From contig JANOTL010000130.1 in the NCBI GenBank assembly GCA_031416315.1, forward strand, positions 1 to 64,000: a DNA stretch of 64,000 nt. The letters are read 5' to 3'. The DNA comes from Pseudomonadota bacterium (GTDB taxonomy: Bacteria; Bdellovibrionota_B; Oligoflexia; Oligoflexales; CAIYRB01). The notes under the pieces are model-generated. The model did no database searches, was not told the DNA's origin, and worked only from the letters and a program-made list of their open reading frames with translations. This document shows, one piece after another, positions 1-9,647 of this stretch (position 1 is its first letter; each line of letters begins with the position of its first letter). The position numbers and the translations under genes are program-made.

Positions 1-1794
1 AACGCTGTCGACGCCTGCGCCCGCCGGGTCGACGTCAGCCTAGAGCTCGGTGGCACCAGAAGCATCGTGGTCACCGACGACGGCTTCGGCATGAGCGCAG
101 CCGACGCGGTCCTGGCCGTCCGCCGCCACGCCACCAGCAAGATCCGCTACGCGGACGACCTCTTCAACGTTGCGTCGATGGGCTTCCGCGGCGAGGCCCT
201 CGCGGCGGTCGCCGCCGTGAGCCGCTTTACCCTGTCGACCCGCCCCCGAGGCGAGGCCGAGGGCACCAAGCTCGTGATCGAGGGGGGCGAGGCTAAGCCG
301 CTCGAAGCCTGGCACGGAGGCGAGGGCACCTGCATCGCGGTCGAGTCCCTCTTCTACAACACGCCGGTCCGCGCCAAGTTCTTGAAGGCCCCCGCGACCG
401 AATATGGCCACTGCCTCGAGCTCCTGCAGGCGTTCTCGCTTTGCCATCCGCAGGTCTCGTTCTCGCTGACCCACAATGGGCGCGAGCAGTTCCGCGTCGC
501 CGCGGTCGAAGGCCTCGAAGGGGAGGCCCTGCATCGCGCGCGCGCCGGCGCAGTCCTGGGTCGCGAGGCCGAGGCGCAGCTCGTCTATCTGAAGAGCGAG
601 AACCGCTACGGCGCCGTCGAAGCGCTGGTCTCTCCTCCCGGATGCGAGAAGGTGTCGTCAAAGCAGATCTGGACCTTCGTCAATGGCCGCTGGGTGAAGG
701 ATCGCACCGTGCGGTACGGCATCTTGCGCGGCTACCACACGCATCTCCTCAAAGGGCGCTTTCCGATCGCGATCGCGCACGTCCGGCTCGACCCCTCGCT
801 CGTCGACGTCAACGTCCATCCGGCGAAGACGGAGCTGCGCTTCCAATATCCGGCGGAGCTGCAAAGCCTCCTCGCCCTGGGGATCCGCGAGCGCCTGCGC
901 GACGCGGACTGGGCGCAGAGCCCTGGCGGGACGCGGCCTGCGCCGCGCTTGCAGCCGATGATTCCCGACGACGACCTCGCGCCGGTCACCTCGCGCCGCG
1001 AGCGCTTCGACGCGCCGATCGCCGCCTCGACCCTCCGTGGGGAGCACACGCACCACGAGCACGCGCACGGGTCGGCGATGCGCGCCTCGGAGGGTCGCAT
1101 CCCTTTGCCCCGGATCCGCGACAAAGCCGAGCTCGACGCGCTCTTGGGCTTCGATTTCTCCGACTCCAAAGCCAAGGTCTCGGAACCGGGGCCCTTGCCC
1201 GGCAAGGAGCCCAAGGTGCCGTGGACCGAGATGGAGTTTCTCGGCTCCTTCGACCGCTGCTACCTTTTCTTCGCCACCGAAGGCCGCATGCTCGTTCTCG
1301 ACCAGCACGCCTTTCACGAGCGCATCCTTTTCGAGCGCCTGTCCCGGGACGAGTCGCTCCTCGGCCGGAGCCAACCGCTCCTCGTGCCGGAGGCCGTCGA
1401 GCTGAGCCCGGGCGAGATCGCCGAGCTCCGCGCGCGCCGGCACCTCCTGGTGAAGCGCGGCTTCGACTACGAGCTCGAAGGCGACACGACCGTCGCCGTC
1501 AAAGCCGTGCCCTCGATTCTCGCGGGCAGGAACGTCGCCGACGTCTTCGCCGGCCTGGCGCAGGAGATCGCGGTCGAGGAAGGTGTCGAGGCGAACGCCG
1601 ACATGGCGCGCCACCTCCTCGCGACCGCCGCCTGCCACGCCGCGGTGCGCGCCGGGGAAGAGTTGCCGCCGAACGAGCTGAAGCAGCTTCTCGCCGAAGC
1701 GCACACCGTCGACTTCTTCCACAACTGCCCGCACGGCCGGCGTGTCCTCAAGTGGTGGTCCCGCGACCAGGTGGCCTCTTGGTTCGACCGCTGA
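1..1794 (+). CDS. mutL: DNA mismatch repair endonuclease MutL (5' end truncated by window)
   Basis: Frame is open from base 1 (NAVDA...VTDDGFGM). Contains GHKL motifs HATSKI, GFRGEAL and VDVNVHPAK, and C-terminal endonuclease motifs DQHAFHERILFE, ACHAA and CPHGR. Confidence 0.97.
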   Translation, partial: NAVDACARRVDVSLELGGTRSIVVTDDGFGMSAADAVLAVRRHATSKIRYADDLFNVASMGFRGEALAAVAAVSRFTLSTRPRGEAEGTKLVIEGGEAKPLEAWHGGEGTCIAVESLFYNTPVRAKFLKAPATEYGHCLELLQAFSLCHPQVSFSLTHNGREQFRVAAVEGLEGEALHRARAGAVLGREAEAQLVYLKSENRYGAVEALVSPPGCEKVSSKQIWTFVNGRWVKDRTVRYGILRGYHTHLLKGRFPIAIAHVRLDPSLVDVNVHPAKTELRFQYPAELQSLLALGIRERLRDADWAQSPGGTRPAPRLQPMIPDDDLAPVTSRRERFDAPIAASTLRGEHTHHEHAHGSAMRASEGRIPLPRIRDKAELDALLGFDFSDSKAKVSEPGPLPGKEPKVPWTEMEFLGSFDRCYLFFATEGRMLVLDQHAFHERILFERLSRDESLLGRSQPLLVPEAVELSPGEIAELRARRHLLVKRGFDYELEGDTTVAVKAVPSILAGRNVADVFAGLAQEIAVEEGVEANADMARHLLATAACHAAVRAGEELPPNELKQLLAEAHTVDFFHNCPHGRRVLKWWSRDQVASWFDR

Positions 1795-2681
1795 CGCCTC
1801 TGGCGCTCGTCGGCCCCACGGGCAGCGGCAAGACTTCCCTCGCCATGGCGCTCGCTGAGCGTCTGGACGGCGAGATCGTCGGCTGCGACTCGGTGCAGCT
1901 TTACCGCGGCTTCGACATCGGCTCGGCGAAGCCGACCCGCGAAGAGCGCAAAAGGGTGCCTCACCATCTCGTCGACCTTCTCGCGTGGAACGAGGACTGC
2001 GACGCAGCCCAATACGCGACGCTGGCTCGTGCTGCAATCGCCGACGTGCAAGGCCGCGGGCGCGTCCCGATCGTCACCGGTGGCACGGGCCTGTACCTGC
2101 GCTCGCTCACCGGCGCAGCCTTTCACGACGACCTGCCGAAGGACGCGGCGCTGCGCGCAAGCTTCGCGACGCGGCCGCTGGCGGAGCTTTACGCTGAGCT
2201 GCAGCGCTTGGACCCGAAACGCGCGTCGGAGATCCACGCGAACGATCGCTTTCGCGTCGCGCGCTCGCTCGAGCTCTTCACGCTCCTCGGAAAGCCGCTC
2301 TCCGCGCTTCCGCCGCCGCCACAGAACGCGACGCCGCCACTCTGCGTTGTAATCCTCGACCCCGAGCGCGCCGCACTGCACGCTTCGATCGAGCGTCGCA
2401 CGCGCGAGATGCTCGCCGGAGGCCTCCTCGACGAAGTCCGCGGTTTGCTCGCCGCCGGCGTCGAGCGTGACTGCAAACCCATGCGCAGCATCGGCTATAA
2501 GGAAGGCGCCGAGCACATGGCGGGCACCCTCGCCGAACCGGCGCTCGAGCCGGCGATTGCGGCCGCCACGCGCCAATACGCGAAGCGCCAGGTAACTTGG
2601 TTCAAAAAGACTCCAGCGGCGCTGCGGCTCGCGCGACCGGACGTCGATGCCGTCATTCGCAGGTGGTCCGCAACGCCTTAG
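1779..2681 (+). CDS. miaA: tRNA dimethylallyltransferase
   Basis: C-terminal part of ORF 441..2681: GPTGSGKT, DSVQLYRGFDIGSAKP, GGTGLY, IGYKE, TRQYAKRQVTWF. Classic mutL-miaA order. The TTG start at 1779 is inferred. Confidence 0.95.
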   Translation: MVRPLTPLALVGPTGSGKTSLAMALAERLDGEIVGCDSVQLYRGFDIGSAKPTREERKRVPHHLVDLLAWNEDCDAAQYATLARAAIADVQGRGRVPIVTGGTGLYLRSLTGAAFHDDLPKDAALRASFATRPLAELYAELQRLDPKRASEIHANDRFRVARSLELFTLLGKPLSALPPPPQNATPPLCVVILDPERAALHASIERRTREMLAGGLLDEVRGLLAAGVERDCKPMRSIGYKEGAEHMAGTLAEPALEPAIAAATRQYAKRQVTWFKKTPAALRLARPDVDAVIRRWSATP

Positions 2682-3162
2682 CGATCGCAGCACGGAGCTC
2701 GGCTTTCACGGTCACGGTCCAAGAGCCATGCACCCAGCCGGCGAGCTGCCCCTCGCACGTCAGAACGAAACCCTGCGGCACCGTGTCGACGTGGCGAAGC
2801 ACTTCGAATACCTTCCGACCTTCGTCCTGGACGACCGGATGCGTCGGATGGTGCGCGGCGATCCAGCGCGTGTAGTCGCGCTCGTTGGCGTCGAGGCCGA
2901 GGTCTATGAACTGCACGCGCTCATTGCCCGCGTACTCGGCGGCCAGCTCTTGCACCGCAGGCGCGTTGGCGCTGCAGCTGCCGCACGTAAGCGTCCAAGC
3001 TTCGAGGACGTGCACCACGTTCTTGTGATCGCCGAGGGTGTACTGCGCGTCACGCGTCGCGCCGTTCTTCCACGGGAACGACGTCGTCGCCGGATCGACC
3101 GTCTGTGCGGCCGCGCCCGCGGACAAGCCGAGCGCCAAAGCAAAAGCAGTCAAAAAACGCAT
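2653..3162 (-). CDS. Secreted TlpA/thioredoxin-like protein
   Basis: Signal peptide MRFLTAFALALGLSAGAAA; WTLTCGSC (CxxC) and cis-Pro loop DTVPQ. Confidence 0.75.
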   Translation of the reverse strand: MRFLTAFALALGLSAGAAAQTVDPATTSFPWKNGATRDAQYTLGDHKNVVHVLEAWTLTCGSCSANAPAVQELAAEYAGNERVQFIDLGLDANERDYTRWIAAHHPTHPVVQDEGRKVFEVLRHVDTVPQGFVLTCEGQLAGWVHGSWTVTVKAELRAAIAKALRTTCE

Positions 3163-3336
3163 GCGAGCCTCCAGTACCGTTCGGGATTTCTTCCGCGAGT
3201 ATCCTCCCTGTCCGGATTCCGGTCCAGCTTTCCGGCCCGACTCCGAGCACTTAAGCCGTAATGGCGGCCCTTTTCGGTGGCACCGCGCTTGCTCTCATTC
3301 CCGCAGACACCCGTCACAACCTGGGGGAACTTAGAG

Positions 3337-3816
3337 ATGCTCCGCCACCCTGCGTCCGAGGCGATCGATCGCGCGATCGCCCTAGTTTTGAAACGTTTCG
3401 ACGAGCCGCTCACGCTGGCCGATCTGGCGAAGGCGGCGGGCATGAGCCGCTTCGGCTTCTGCCGCCACTTCCGTCGCCAGCTCGGCATGCCGCCTTTGCG
3501 CTGGCTTTGGAGCTTTCGCGCCGTGCTCGCGGCCGAGCTGATCGACCTCGTCCCGAGCTGGACGCTCACGGAGGTATGGACTCTTGCCGGATTCTCGAGC
3601 TCCGCGCACTTCTCGCGCTCGTTCAAGGGCGTCTATCGCGTCGCGCCCTCAGTCTACCGGCGCAGCCGGCTCCGCGCCGAGCCCGGGTTTCGACCCGGCG
3701 GCGATGAGCTCGAGCGCCTCCTCGATGCCGCCACTCGTCGCGCCCTTGCGGCGACGCAGAGCCCGGTCGAGACTCTGGGCCTTGGCGCCCTCGCCGCGAG
3801 CGACGAGACGCCGTAG
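3337..3816 (+). CDS. Single-domain AraC-family HTH regulator
   Basis: LTLADLAKAAGMSRFGFCRHFRRQLGMPP and AGFSSSAHFSRSFKGVYRVAPSVYR; no N-terminal sensor domain. ATG at 3337 chosen as start. Confidence 0.85.
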   Translation: MLRHPASEAIDRAIALVLKRFDEPLTLADLAKAAGMSRFGFCRHFRRQLGMPPLRWLWSFRAVLAAELIDLVPSWTLTEVWTLAGFSSSAHFSRSFKGVYRVAPSVYRRSRLRAEPGFRPGGDELERLLDAATRRALAATQSPVETLGLGALAASDETP

Positions 3817-3903
3817 TACGAGGCGCGCCGCCAGCTCGGTCAGATCGCGACAGCCGGAAACGCGGACGGCCTCGTCGAGGGCCGACTTCAGGGGCTCTGG
3901 CAT
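3649..3903 (-). CDS. Possible small hypothetical protein (84 aa) overlapping the AraC 3' end
   Basis: ATG at 3903 followed by strongly G/C-ending codons (GAG CCC CTG AAG TCG GCC CTC GAC GAG GCC GTC CGC); it fills an otherwise empty interval. Confidence 0.4.
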   Translation of the reverse strand: MPEPLKSALDEAVRVSGCRDLTELAARLVLRRLVARGEGAKAQSLDRALRRRKGATSGGIEEALELIAAGSKPGLGAEPAAPVD

Positions 3904-4011
3904 AAGGCGCTTGGAATCCAAGGGAAACCTCAAGGTCGAGGTGGTGCGCCCAAAGGTGTATCAAGGCGGCGGGGGCGGCATTTGTCCGGGATTGCCCTTA
4001 TCATTACAGAT

Positions 4012-4584
4012 ATGAAGCCCACGACGCCTGTCTCCCGCATTCGTCTGGCCCAGCCGGGCGAGCGGGGCGCTAATCTGTATAACGGCTACCACCTGCTGAC
4101 GCAGCTCGCGGCGGTGTATGCGCAAATGGTCGAGCTCGACCATCGCGCTCCGGGGCGCGTCCTGCTCGCAGAGCTCGCCGATGCCGCGATGAACGACCTG
4201 GGCGATGTCTACACGGCCTGGGAGCAGGTGCTGAATAGCCCGATGCCGCCTGGCTCAACCCTAGACGACGCCGCGCTCGGACTGATCGTGCGTCGCGCCT
4301 GCGTCCGCGTCGACGCAGCCGTCGCTGCGACCAACACTTGGACCGTTCTGCATAAGTGGATGCAGCTCGCATTCCTGGCCGAAAGGCGTTGGCAAAAGCT
4401 CCTCGCCGAGTTCGCCCAACGCGAGCCGCGCCTGGAGCCGAAGTTGACGCGTGTCGTCCACGCCAGCCAAGATCGCGCTTCCCGGCTCGCGGGCCTCAAA
4501 GAAAAATACGACCGCGAGGCGCTGGCGATGGCGCGCGCCGACAAGGTCGAGCGCGCCTTGCGCGCGGAGGGTGAGCACAAATGA
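4012..4584 (+). CDS. Hypothetical helical protein, possibly ferritin-like four-helix bundle
   Basis: All-helical amphipathic pattern with LAFLAERRWQKLL resembling ferritin/rubrerythrin helices. Its stop overlaps the next start (ATGA). Confidence 0.55.
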   Translation: MKPTTPVSRIRLAQPGERGANLYNGYHLLTQLAAVYAQMVELDHRAPGRVLLAELADAAMNDLGDVYTAWEQVLNSPMPPGSTLDDAALGLIVRRACVRVDAAVAATNTWTVLHKWMQLAFLAERRWQKLLAEFAQREPRLEPKLTRVVHASQDRASRLAGLKEKYDREALAMARADKVERALRAEGEHK

Positions 4585-5861
4585 CCGAGCCGCTCTCCAC
4601 CTTCAATATCAATTTCATCCGCGAGATCTTCCTGCTCGGGGAGGATCAGTACGTCTCGATGCTGAAGAAAGTGCTGAAGACCTTCAACTTCCTGGTTCCA
4701 CGGTCCGGAAGGGATTACTCCTCGACCCGCGAGGAGACGCACTTCCTCGTCGCCGCCGTCGACTTCCGCGCGCCGGCGCAGGTCCAAGCCTATGTGCGGC
4801 TCTTCAGCGAGCTTTCGTCCGCCCTCGCCCACAAGATTGCCTTCGTCATCGACCCCGACACCGTCACGCGCGAGCAGATGCTCCTTTTCAGCGAGATCGG
4901 CGTGCGTTTCACGGCCTTCGGCCTTCGGCGCACCGACGACCTGAAAGACTACATCAAGCGCGTCTGCGTCGAGGCCCAGCAGGTCGGCTCCCTGGATCGC
5001 GAGGCGATCGAGCTCGAGCAAGCGCGGAAAAAGCCCGACGTCTATGCTCTGCGCCGCATCGCCGACCGCCTGAAGAACATCCCGGTACAGACCGAGGAAG
5101 TGCACCGCATGATCGCGGTCGCAGCGGTCGCGGGCGGCGACCTGAAGCGCGCCGAGATCCATCTGAAGAAGCTCCTGCACGTGAACCCGCAGAACCTCTG
5201 GGCCGCGAACACGCTGGGGCGCATGTACATCAAGAGCGGCCGGGTCGGCGAAGGCGTCGAGGTCCTCGAGCGCCTGAGCAAGTACCACGAGCTCAACGGC
5301 GAGCGCCTGCTCGCCGTCGGTGATGCCTACGTGAAGGCCGGGATGGCCCGCGAGGCGGAGGCAAAGTATGTTGCCGGCCAGGCTTTGGCGGAAGGCGTCG
5401 ACCCGCGCTTCAAGGAAGGCATGGCCAAGGTGAAGCTGGTCGACAAAGACTATGCCGGCGCCTTGTCGCTCATGCACGGGAAGAAGTTCTCCAGCGAAGT
5501 GATCTCCTTCCTCAACATGCGCGCGATCATGTGCATCCGGAGCGAGCGCTTCGACGAAGGCATGGATTACTACAAGTACGCCTATCAGAATGCCGACGGC
5601 GAAAAAGACGTCCGTGCCAAGCTCAAGTTCAACATGGGACTCGCCTACGTCCGGACCCAGGACTTCGCCAGAGCGCAGGATTGCTTCTTCGAGTCGGCCC
5701 AGCTCGGCTTTCAGCGCTCGCAAGGACCGCTGAACTACGTTAAAGCCAAGATCCGACAGCTCGAGAAGGTGAAAGCCGACGAAGCTGCCGGCGTGGCGCC
5801 CGCGGCCGCGATCGAAGGCGGCGAGAAGCTCGACGAGCTCGAGTGGGAGACCCTCTACTGA
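4581..5861 (+). CDS. TPR-repeat protein with possible degenerate receiver-like N-terminus
   Basis: Several TPR-like repeats (AANTLGRMYIKSGRVGEG, FNMGLAYVRTQDFARA) after an alpha/beta N-terminal region; codon usage looks strongly coding. Confidence 0.75.
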   Translation: MTEPLSTFNINFIREIFLLGEDQYVSMLKKVLKTFNFLVPRSGRDYSSTREETHFLVAAVDFRAPAQVQAYVRLFSELSSALAHKIAFVIDPDTVTREQMLLFSEIGVRFTAFGLRRTDDLKDYIKRVCVEAQQVGSLDREAIELEQARKKPDVYALRRIADRLKNIPVQTEEVHRMIAVAAVAGGDLKRAEIHLKKLLHVNPQNLWAANTLGRMYIKSGRVGEGVEVLERLSKYHELNGERLLAVGDAYVKAGMAREAEAKYVAGQALAEGVDPRFKEGMAKVKLVDKDYAGALSLMHGKKFSSEVISFLNMRAIMCIRSERFDEGMDYYKYAYQNADGEKDVRAKLKFNMGLAYVRTQDFARAQDCFFESAQLGFQRSQGPLNYVKAKIRQLEKVKADEAAGVAPAAAIEGGEKLDELEWETLY

Positions 5862-6526
5862 AGAAGACAGTCCAGCTGGACGCGGCCGAGACGCCCGACG
5901 GCAAATCCATGACCCTGCACGAGCACGACGGCACCTACGTCATCCGGATCGACCAAAAGGAGCTGATGTCGTCGCGGCATCACAACTCCGAGGAAGTGAT
6001 CGCCGAGCTCGCCTGCGCCCATATCCTCCATAAAAAGGGCGCGCGGGTGCTGATCGGGGGCCTCGGGCTCGGCTTCACCCTGCGCAAAACGCTCGCCTGT
6101 CTCGGCTCCGACGCCCTGGTCACCGTCGCCGAGATCATGGCCGCGGTCGTGAAATGGAACCAGAACCCGGCTTACGGCCTGGGGCACGACGCGCTTGCGG
6201 ACCGCCGCACCAAGATTTACGAGGGCGACGTCGCCTACCTCCTGGCACGCAGCACCAAGGCGTTCGACAGCATCATCCTCGACATCGACAACGGCACGAG
6301 CGCGATGAGCGCCGAGTCGAACCGCGACCTCTATCAGGAGACCGGCCTTCAGATTGCCCGTGCTGCGCTGAAGCCCGGCGGCTGCCTTGCCGTCTGGTCG
6401 GCGAGCGACGATCCGCCGTTCAAGAAACGGATGTCGCGCGCCGGCTTTACGGTCAGCGCGGAGCGCGCCGCGCAGCACAAGAACGGCGGAGGGTGGCATC
6501 ACCTCTTCATCGGTCGGATCAGCTAG
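5843..6526 (+). CDS. Spermidine synthase-like class I SAM-dependent transferase
   Basis: ELMSS, VLIGGLGLGFTL, FDSIILDIDNG, LKPGGCLAVWS. Confidence 0.85.
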   Translation: MGDPLLKKTVQLDAAETPDGKSMTLHEHDGTYVIRIDQKELMSSRHHNSEEVIAELACAHILHKKGARVLIGGLGLGFTLRKTLACLGSDALVTVAEIMAAVVKWNQNPAYGLGHDALADRRTKIYEGDVAYLLARSTKAFDSIILDIDNGTSAMSAESNRDLYQETGLQIARAALKPGGCLAVWSASDDPPFKKRMSRAGFTVSAERAAQHKNGGGWHHLFIGRIS

Positions 6527-7262
6527 ACGAAGTCTTCGTCGCGTGCACGAGCCGGCACGCGCCAAATAGGAAGCTCTTCACTTCAGCGACCTGAAAGCTC
6601 TGCTCGTAAAGCGCCGCGCGCATCTGCTCCGGGGAGTAGAAGGAGCCGACGCTTTGCGGCAGGTACTTGTACGCCGCGCGGTCCGAGATCAGGCCGCCGA
6701 TCGCCGGCAGGATCGTGTGGAAGTAGAGCTGGAAAAGGGCGGCCAGGAGGCCCCTTTTCGGCAAGAAGAACTCGAGGATGAGCAAGGTTCCGCCCGGCTT
6801 CAGCACGCGGCGGAACTCGGCGAGCGCCTTGTCCTTGCGGACGACGTTACGCAGACCGAACGAGATCGCCATGGCGTCGAAGGCCCCGTCCGGAAGCTCG
6901 AGCTCTTCGGCGCTGCGACGATGGAATTCGACGCGCGGCAGGCTGCCCCGCACAGGATCGCCCTTCTGCGCCGCGAGCTTTTCTTTGGCCAGATTGAGCA
7001 TCTCGCCGGAGATGTCGACGCCGACCACGCTGTCATACTCGCGATGCGTGAAACGCACCTGCTCGAGGACGTCGCCCGTCCCCGTCGCGACGTCGAGGAA
7101 CTTGCCGCCGGGACGGTAGGGCACCCGCTTCGTGAGCTCTTTGCGCCAGCGTTGATCCTGACGCATGCTGAGCAGGCGATTGAGGAGGTCGTAACGACCG
7201 GCGATGCGGTCGAACATGGCGGCAATGCGGGCTTCGCTCTCGGGGCGCTGGATGACGGACAC
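6519..7262 (-). CDS. ubiE: Ubiquinone/menaquinone C-methyltransferase (UbiE/MenG)
   Basis: MFDRIAGRYDLLNRLLS, LDVATGTGD, FGLRNV, RVLKPGG, AYKYLPQS. Confidence 0.93.
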   Translation of the reverse strand: MSVIQRPESEARIAAMFDRIAGRYDLLNRLLSMRQDQRWRKELTKRVPYRPGGKFLDVATGTGDVLEQVRFTHREYDSVVGVDISGEMLNLAKEKLAAQKGDPVRGSLPRVEFHRRSAEELELPDGAFDAMAISFGLRNVVRKDKALAEFRRVLKPGGTLLILEFFLPKRGLLAALFQLYFHTILPAIGGLISDRAAYKYLPQSVGSFYSPEQMRAALYEQSFQVAEVKSFLFGACRLVHATKTSSS

Positions 7263-7325
7263 GGTCGGCTCCTGATATCGTGGCCGATAGAACTACCGCG
7301 AAACTTCGTTCGAGGCGCGCGTCAC

Positions 7326-7838
7326 ATGCAAGTGCTTGGAACTATTGCATTTATTCTATTTGTGGCCTCGCCCGGCGCGGCCGATCCCTTTAATCCTCAG
7401 GCCTATCTGGAGCAAAAGCGGATCGAGGAAAAGCCGATCCTTCCGGGAGGGCTCACCGAGCACGCCGTCTATCGCCTGAACGGCGCGCGCTTTCATAAGC
7501 TCACGAATCCGGACGGCTCGGTCTTCCTCGCCGGCAACGGCGAGCTCCCCGATCTCGTAACCGACGCCGCCGTATGCCCGCAGCATCTGCCGCTGCTGAA
7601 GGAGGTCATGCCGCTGCGCCAAGGCTTGGTGGTGTCGCCCGCCCTGAAAAAGCTGGAGCCGCGCGTCTTGCCCTTGATCCAGAAGTGCCTCGACGGCTCG
7701 GTCAGGAGCCCCGTCCTCACGATCTTGAAGCCCGACGGGGCGGTCGTCGAGATTCGGGCCAAAAAGGATACGCCCCCTCCGCCCTCCGAGACGAAGAAGG
7801 ACGAAAGGGACGATGCGTTCGACGAGCCGGGGCCGTAG
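7326..7838 (+). CDS. Hypothetical secreted protein
   Basis: C-terminal part of ORF 6654..7838; signal peptide MQVLGTIAFILFVASPGAA. Confidence 0.6.
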   Translation: MQVLGTIAFILFVASPGAADPFNPQAYLEQKRIEEKPILPGGLTEHAVYRLNGARFHKLTNPDGSVFLAGNGELPDLVTDAAVCPQHLPLLKEVMPLRQGLVVSPALKKLEPRVLPLIQKCLDGSVRSPVLTILKPDGAVVEIRAKKDTPPPPSETKKDERDDAFDEPGP

Positions 7839-7847
7839 CGAGACGCT

Positions 7848-8483
7848 TCAGATGCCGACTTCGACGCCGAGCTTGAACGACTTGGAATTGGCGCCGTACG
7901 CCTTGTCATCCAAATCGTTGTTCTTAGTGCCCGCGAGCTTTTCCTCGGTCAGCTTGATCTTCTCCATGCCCGTGCCGGCTTCGAGCAGGATCGAGACGAG
8001 AGGGATGAAGCTGAATTTCGCGCCCAAAGAAACTTGCACGCCCGTCAAGGACGAAGTGGAGACGTACTTCGTTGCGCCTTCGCCGCCCTCCAGCGCGAAC
8101 GTGCCGTAAACTGGAATCGACAGGCGCGCATACGGCGTGAGGATCGGGATCAAGGGAACCCAAGCTTGGATATCGAGCGCGCCTTGGAAAAGTGCCGCTT
8201 CTTTGATGTAGCCGGTGCTCTCGTCGATGTCGTCTTTGCGGAAGGAGCCGACGTTGATCAGAGCGCCGAAGGAGACCGGCACGAGCGGGATCGGGCTCAC
8301 GTGCGCGGCGACGCTGACCTCCTGCGATTGGACCGGCGTCGTTTCGCCCTCGCCTTCGAGCTCATACCAGCGTTTGCCGACGAGAACTTGCGCATCGAAA
8401 AGAGCAAAGGCCTCGCCGGCGGTAAACGCCGCGGCGAAGACGGCCAGGAAGCTTGCGGTGCGCGCCGTACGGGCGAGTGCCAT
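7848..8483 (-). CDS. Outer-membrane beta-barrel protein
   Basis: Signal peptide ending AFA; alternating beta-strand pattern; C-terminus SFKLGVEVGI. Confidence 0.7.
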   Translation of the reverse strand: MALARTARTASFLAVFAAAFTAGEAFALFDAQVLVGKRWYELEGEGETTPVQSQEVSVAAHVSPIPLVPVSFGALINVGSFRKDDIDESTGYIKEAALFQGALDIQAWVPLIPILTPYARLSIPVYGTFALEGGEGATKYVSTSSLTGVQVSLGAKFSFIPLVSILLEAGTGMEKIKLTEEKLAGTKNNDLDDKAYGANSKSFKLGVEVGI

Positions 8484-8560
8484 GACGGTCTCCTCAGTCA
8501 GTGAAAGATTAGGAAGAGAGAGTTTCGAACGCGAAAATATCACGGATCGCAGCCTTGGGC

Positions 8561-9643
8561 TCAGACTTTCGGCGGCGTTTCGCGCAGCGACACCCCCGGC
8601 AGCTCCTCGGCGAAGCCGGCGCCGAAGGCCCTCGACGGCGTCCAAGCGCCGGGCGCCACGCTCCCCGAAAGCACCCGTTCGGCCGCGCGCACCGCTGATT
8701 CCGCGGTGAGCGTGTAGCCTTCGGGCGTGCGCATCCACAGCTCGACTTTGCGGCCGGCCGGATTCGTGGCTTCGCCCCAGAGCGAGACGGTGGCTCGGGC
8801 GCGGGTCTCCGCGCGCGGGCCGCCGCCTTTCGGCGCCATCCTTTTCTCGACCTGCTTCTGCATGAAGAGCTGCACGGGCCTGAGCGCCAAGAGCTTGCGG
8901 AGACGGTAGGCGAGCCTCGCTGCGCGGATGCGCGCCTCGGTCGTCCCCATGAAGACCTCGATGTTCGGGATCCCCGTCGAGTGGAAGGCGGTCGACACGT
9001 CGCCCCACGGAATCGCGATCGCGCGCGCCACGCCGGTCTCGAAGGGCACGTCGCGCGTGCGTGGCGAGCCGGTCGCGACGATCCGTCCGGCGGTGCGCAC
9101 GCGCCCGCCCTCGCCCAAGCCTTCAATCGAGGTCTTTGCGGTGCCGACGCTGAGGCTTGCCGTTCGGCCGTCGAAGGCGAGCGCCAGATGGTCCGCATCC
9201 GGCAGCCTCTCCTTCAGCCGCGCCGCGAGGCAATCGGTCGGCACGACGTCGAAGCCGACGCCGGGCACCGCGATGATCCCCGCCTTGGCGATCTCCGCCG
9301 AGCGCCGGTGCACCATCTCGAAGACGTCGATCTCGCCGGTGATGTCGAGGTAATGCGTCTTCGTCGCGAGGCAGTGGCCGAGCATCGGCTGGGCCGTGCG
9401 TGAAAACGGTCCGGCGCAGTGGATCACGACGCCGACGTCCTCGAGGTAGCGGCGGGCCTCGCCCTCCTTCGCCAGGTCGAAGATGCGCGCGGGCAAACGG
9501 AGCGCCATCGCCAGATCGGTGATCTTCTGCGGATGTCGCCCGGCGAGGATCGGCGTGTGGCCGCGCTCTTTCGCGACCGCCGCGATCAACTTGCCGGTGT
9601 AGCCGTTCGCGCCGTAAATCAGAATCGGTTTTGCGTCCGCCAT
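8561..9643 (-). CDS. Saccharopine dehydrogenase-like NAD(P)-binding oxidoreductase
   Basis: YGANGYTG, HCAGPF, HYLDITGE, GFDVVPTD. Confidence 0.88.
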   Translation of the reverse strand: MADAKPILIYGANGYTGKLIAAVAKERGHTPILAGRHPQKITDLAMALRLPARIFDLAKEGEARRYLEDVGVVIHCAGPFSRTAQPMLGHCLATKTHYLDITGEIDVFEMVHRRSAEIAKAGIIAVPGVGFDVVPTDCLAARLKERLPDADHLALAFDGRTASLSVGTAKTSIEGLGEGGRVRTAGRIVATGSPRTRDVPFETGVARAIAIPWGDVSTAFHSTGIPNIEVFMGTTEARIRAARLAYRLRKLLALRPVQLFMQKQVEKRMAPKGGGPRAETRARATVSLWGEATNPAGRKVELWMRTPEGYTLTAESAVRAAERVLSGSVAPGAWTPSRAFGAGFAEELPGVSLRETPPKV

Positions 9644-9647
9644 GGGT

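Noticed and set aside
441..1778. 746-aa ORF suggesting a long N-terminal extension on MiaA
   Set aside because: The extension is an Arg/Pro-rich alternative frame of mutL; the real MiaA starts near 1779.
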